Shown: positions 62,602-64,000 of the stretch, one piece after another
How the letters are laid out: each line of letters starts with the position of its first letter
Position numbering within the stretch: position 1 is the stretch's first letter
Origin: Paragordius varius
Taxonomy: Eukaryota; Animalia; Nematomorpha
DNA: 64,000 nt
Direction of reading: 5' to 3'
Assembly (NCBI GenBank): GCA_964247055.1
Contig: OZ176051.1
Span: forward strand, 9,362,001 to 9,426,000
Notes under the pieces: model-generated
Told to the model about the DNA's origin: nothing
The model's database searches: none
What the model saw: only the letters and a program-made list of their open reading frames with translations
Translations under genes and position numbers: made by a program

Positions 62602-64000
62602 CTCAATATCATTGACTGCAGATGTTTTGATCTTTTAATTATTTATCCAACAATTAAACGACTCGCCAATAGATATAAGTATGCCCCAACTTGAAAAAAT
62701 ACGGTGTGTTGGTCAAGGTATGCTATATTTGAGATCGGTAGAAAAAGAACTATCAAATGTCGGATATTGCGATTATTTATTGAAATTAGAACCCGTTTTA
62801 GACGAAAAAAGCATTGTTGCAGCGGAATTGACAATAAGTATAATGTTAAACATATTATGGAGATTATTTTTCTTAACCTACCTTTGCAATTAGAAGTATT
62901 GCTTGATAGGAAGGACTATAACTTCTAATTGGAAAGGTAGGCTAAGAAAAATAATTTCCATAATATGTTTAATATTTACTATATAGATGGCGTTTTCCGA
63001 TAAAAACTATTACCCTAATTAAATTAGTATAATGGTTTAGACTTATTTTATCATTTTTAAAGTGTATTAAAATACATTTTTATATTTAAGCTATGAGCTC
63101 TAACGCAACGCCCGAAGGCTAAAATTCGATGTTATAAGTGCATGATTATAAATTATTAAATTTTAAAGACGAATGCTCGGGTAAACAAATGTACATTAAA
63201 TTTTGGCCTTATATCTCTTCAACATCATCGAAAAATTGTTACAGTCAAAACGAAAATGTTACCTATCCAAAACTCAATTAATTATAATGAAAACCTGACT
63301 ATCCCGATAAACTTTTTGAAGTCGCAGACATTTGAAATGTGCTAAATATACCTATTAGCTATATGAACCGGTCACTATGCCAAAATGGTTATGGGAACAA
63401 CTATTCTTGATTCAAAAACAATAACAACAATTATGAAACAGATCCTGAAGCAGGATTTTAATAATCCTTTAGGTTTTCGGTATACCTTTTAAATAATTAC
63501 ACTGCTTCGTAGGCAAAATTGGCCCACTTTATCCTAAATATATTTTCCGTTTAAAAACTAGGCCCCATTACAAATAAATCTTATAAATATATATATATAT
63601 ATATAAATATTATTATTTATATGAAATTTTAACCCCTTTAAAAAAGGCTCTCTATTTGAATAAACGCAAAAATGTCGAGATTGCATGGTACCAATTTTTG
63701 ATATATTTTAAGTGACATCAAGTTTTTTTGATAAAATGCATACAAAATTTCTTGCAGCTATATGTAAAAATAATTGGATGGGGGTTTACCCTTTAATTAA
63801 TAAAAATGATATATTATACATAAGCCATTTAATTTTAGAAATCTTTTTGTTAGGGATATAAGACTTGTAAAAAAACTCTAAAAAATTAAAGGAAGTGTTA
63901 TTAAAAATATTAAATCCATTAAAATGAAGAAAATTAGGAGTAGATCAATGGTTATTTAAAAGTTAGGGGAAAAAATATTATAAAATGAAAATTAGCGGAG

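Larger units (their letters stand above)
60608..63460 (+). pseudogene. Copy 4 of the receptor gene: inverted, cytoplasmic exons only
   Basis: 60608-61320 is the reverse complement of ~12870-12055, and 62600-63720 of ~12010-10885. It carries a deletion of ~100 nt and in-frame TAA stops (e.g. after NATPEG). Confidence 0.75.

Noticed and set aside
62464-62694. 76-aa ORF with a YIYIYI run
   Set aside because: It is the translation of the (TA)n microsatellite.

Overview
This is very AT-rich, intron-containing eukaryotic DNA that looks animal-like; the species cannot be determined from the sequence. I found no rRNA, tRNA or CRISPR array. The window is a mosaic of segmental duplications. Unit A carries a previously unrecognised multi-exon gene on the minus strand encoding a signal peptide, an ectodomain built from symmetrical phase-1 exons, one transmembrane helix and a cytoplasmic region with weak, degenerate protein-kinase-like motifs. 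It occurs four times: copy 1 (7451 to the window start, frameshifted in the cytoplasmic exon), copy 2 (21575 to about 11330, most complete), copy 3 (44720 to 41061, 3'-truncated with a stop and a lost splice site) and copy 4 (about 60608-63460, inverted, 3' part only). Unit B (hAT end, ~80-bp satellite, Gypsy relic, Charlie/SPIN-like hAT with a nested MITE) occurs twice, at about 22640-31200 and 48210-58880. A unique middle block holds a decayed animal-type chitin synthase, a second Gypsy relic and a mariner relic. There are many hAT elements and MITEs with clear 8-bp target duplications, RTE LINE fragments, and three long DNA palindromes, one of which sits exactly at a duplication breakpoint. 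All family assignments come from reading motifs by eye, not from database searches.
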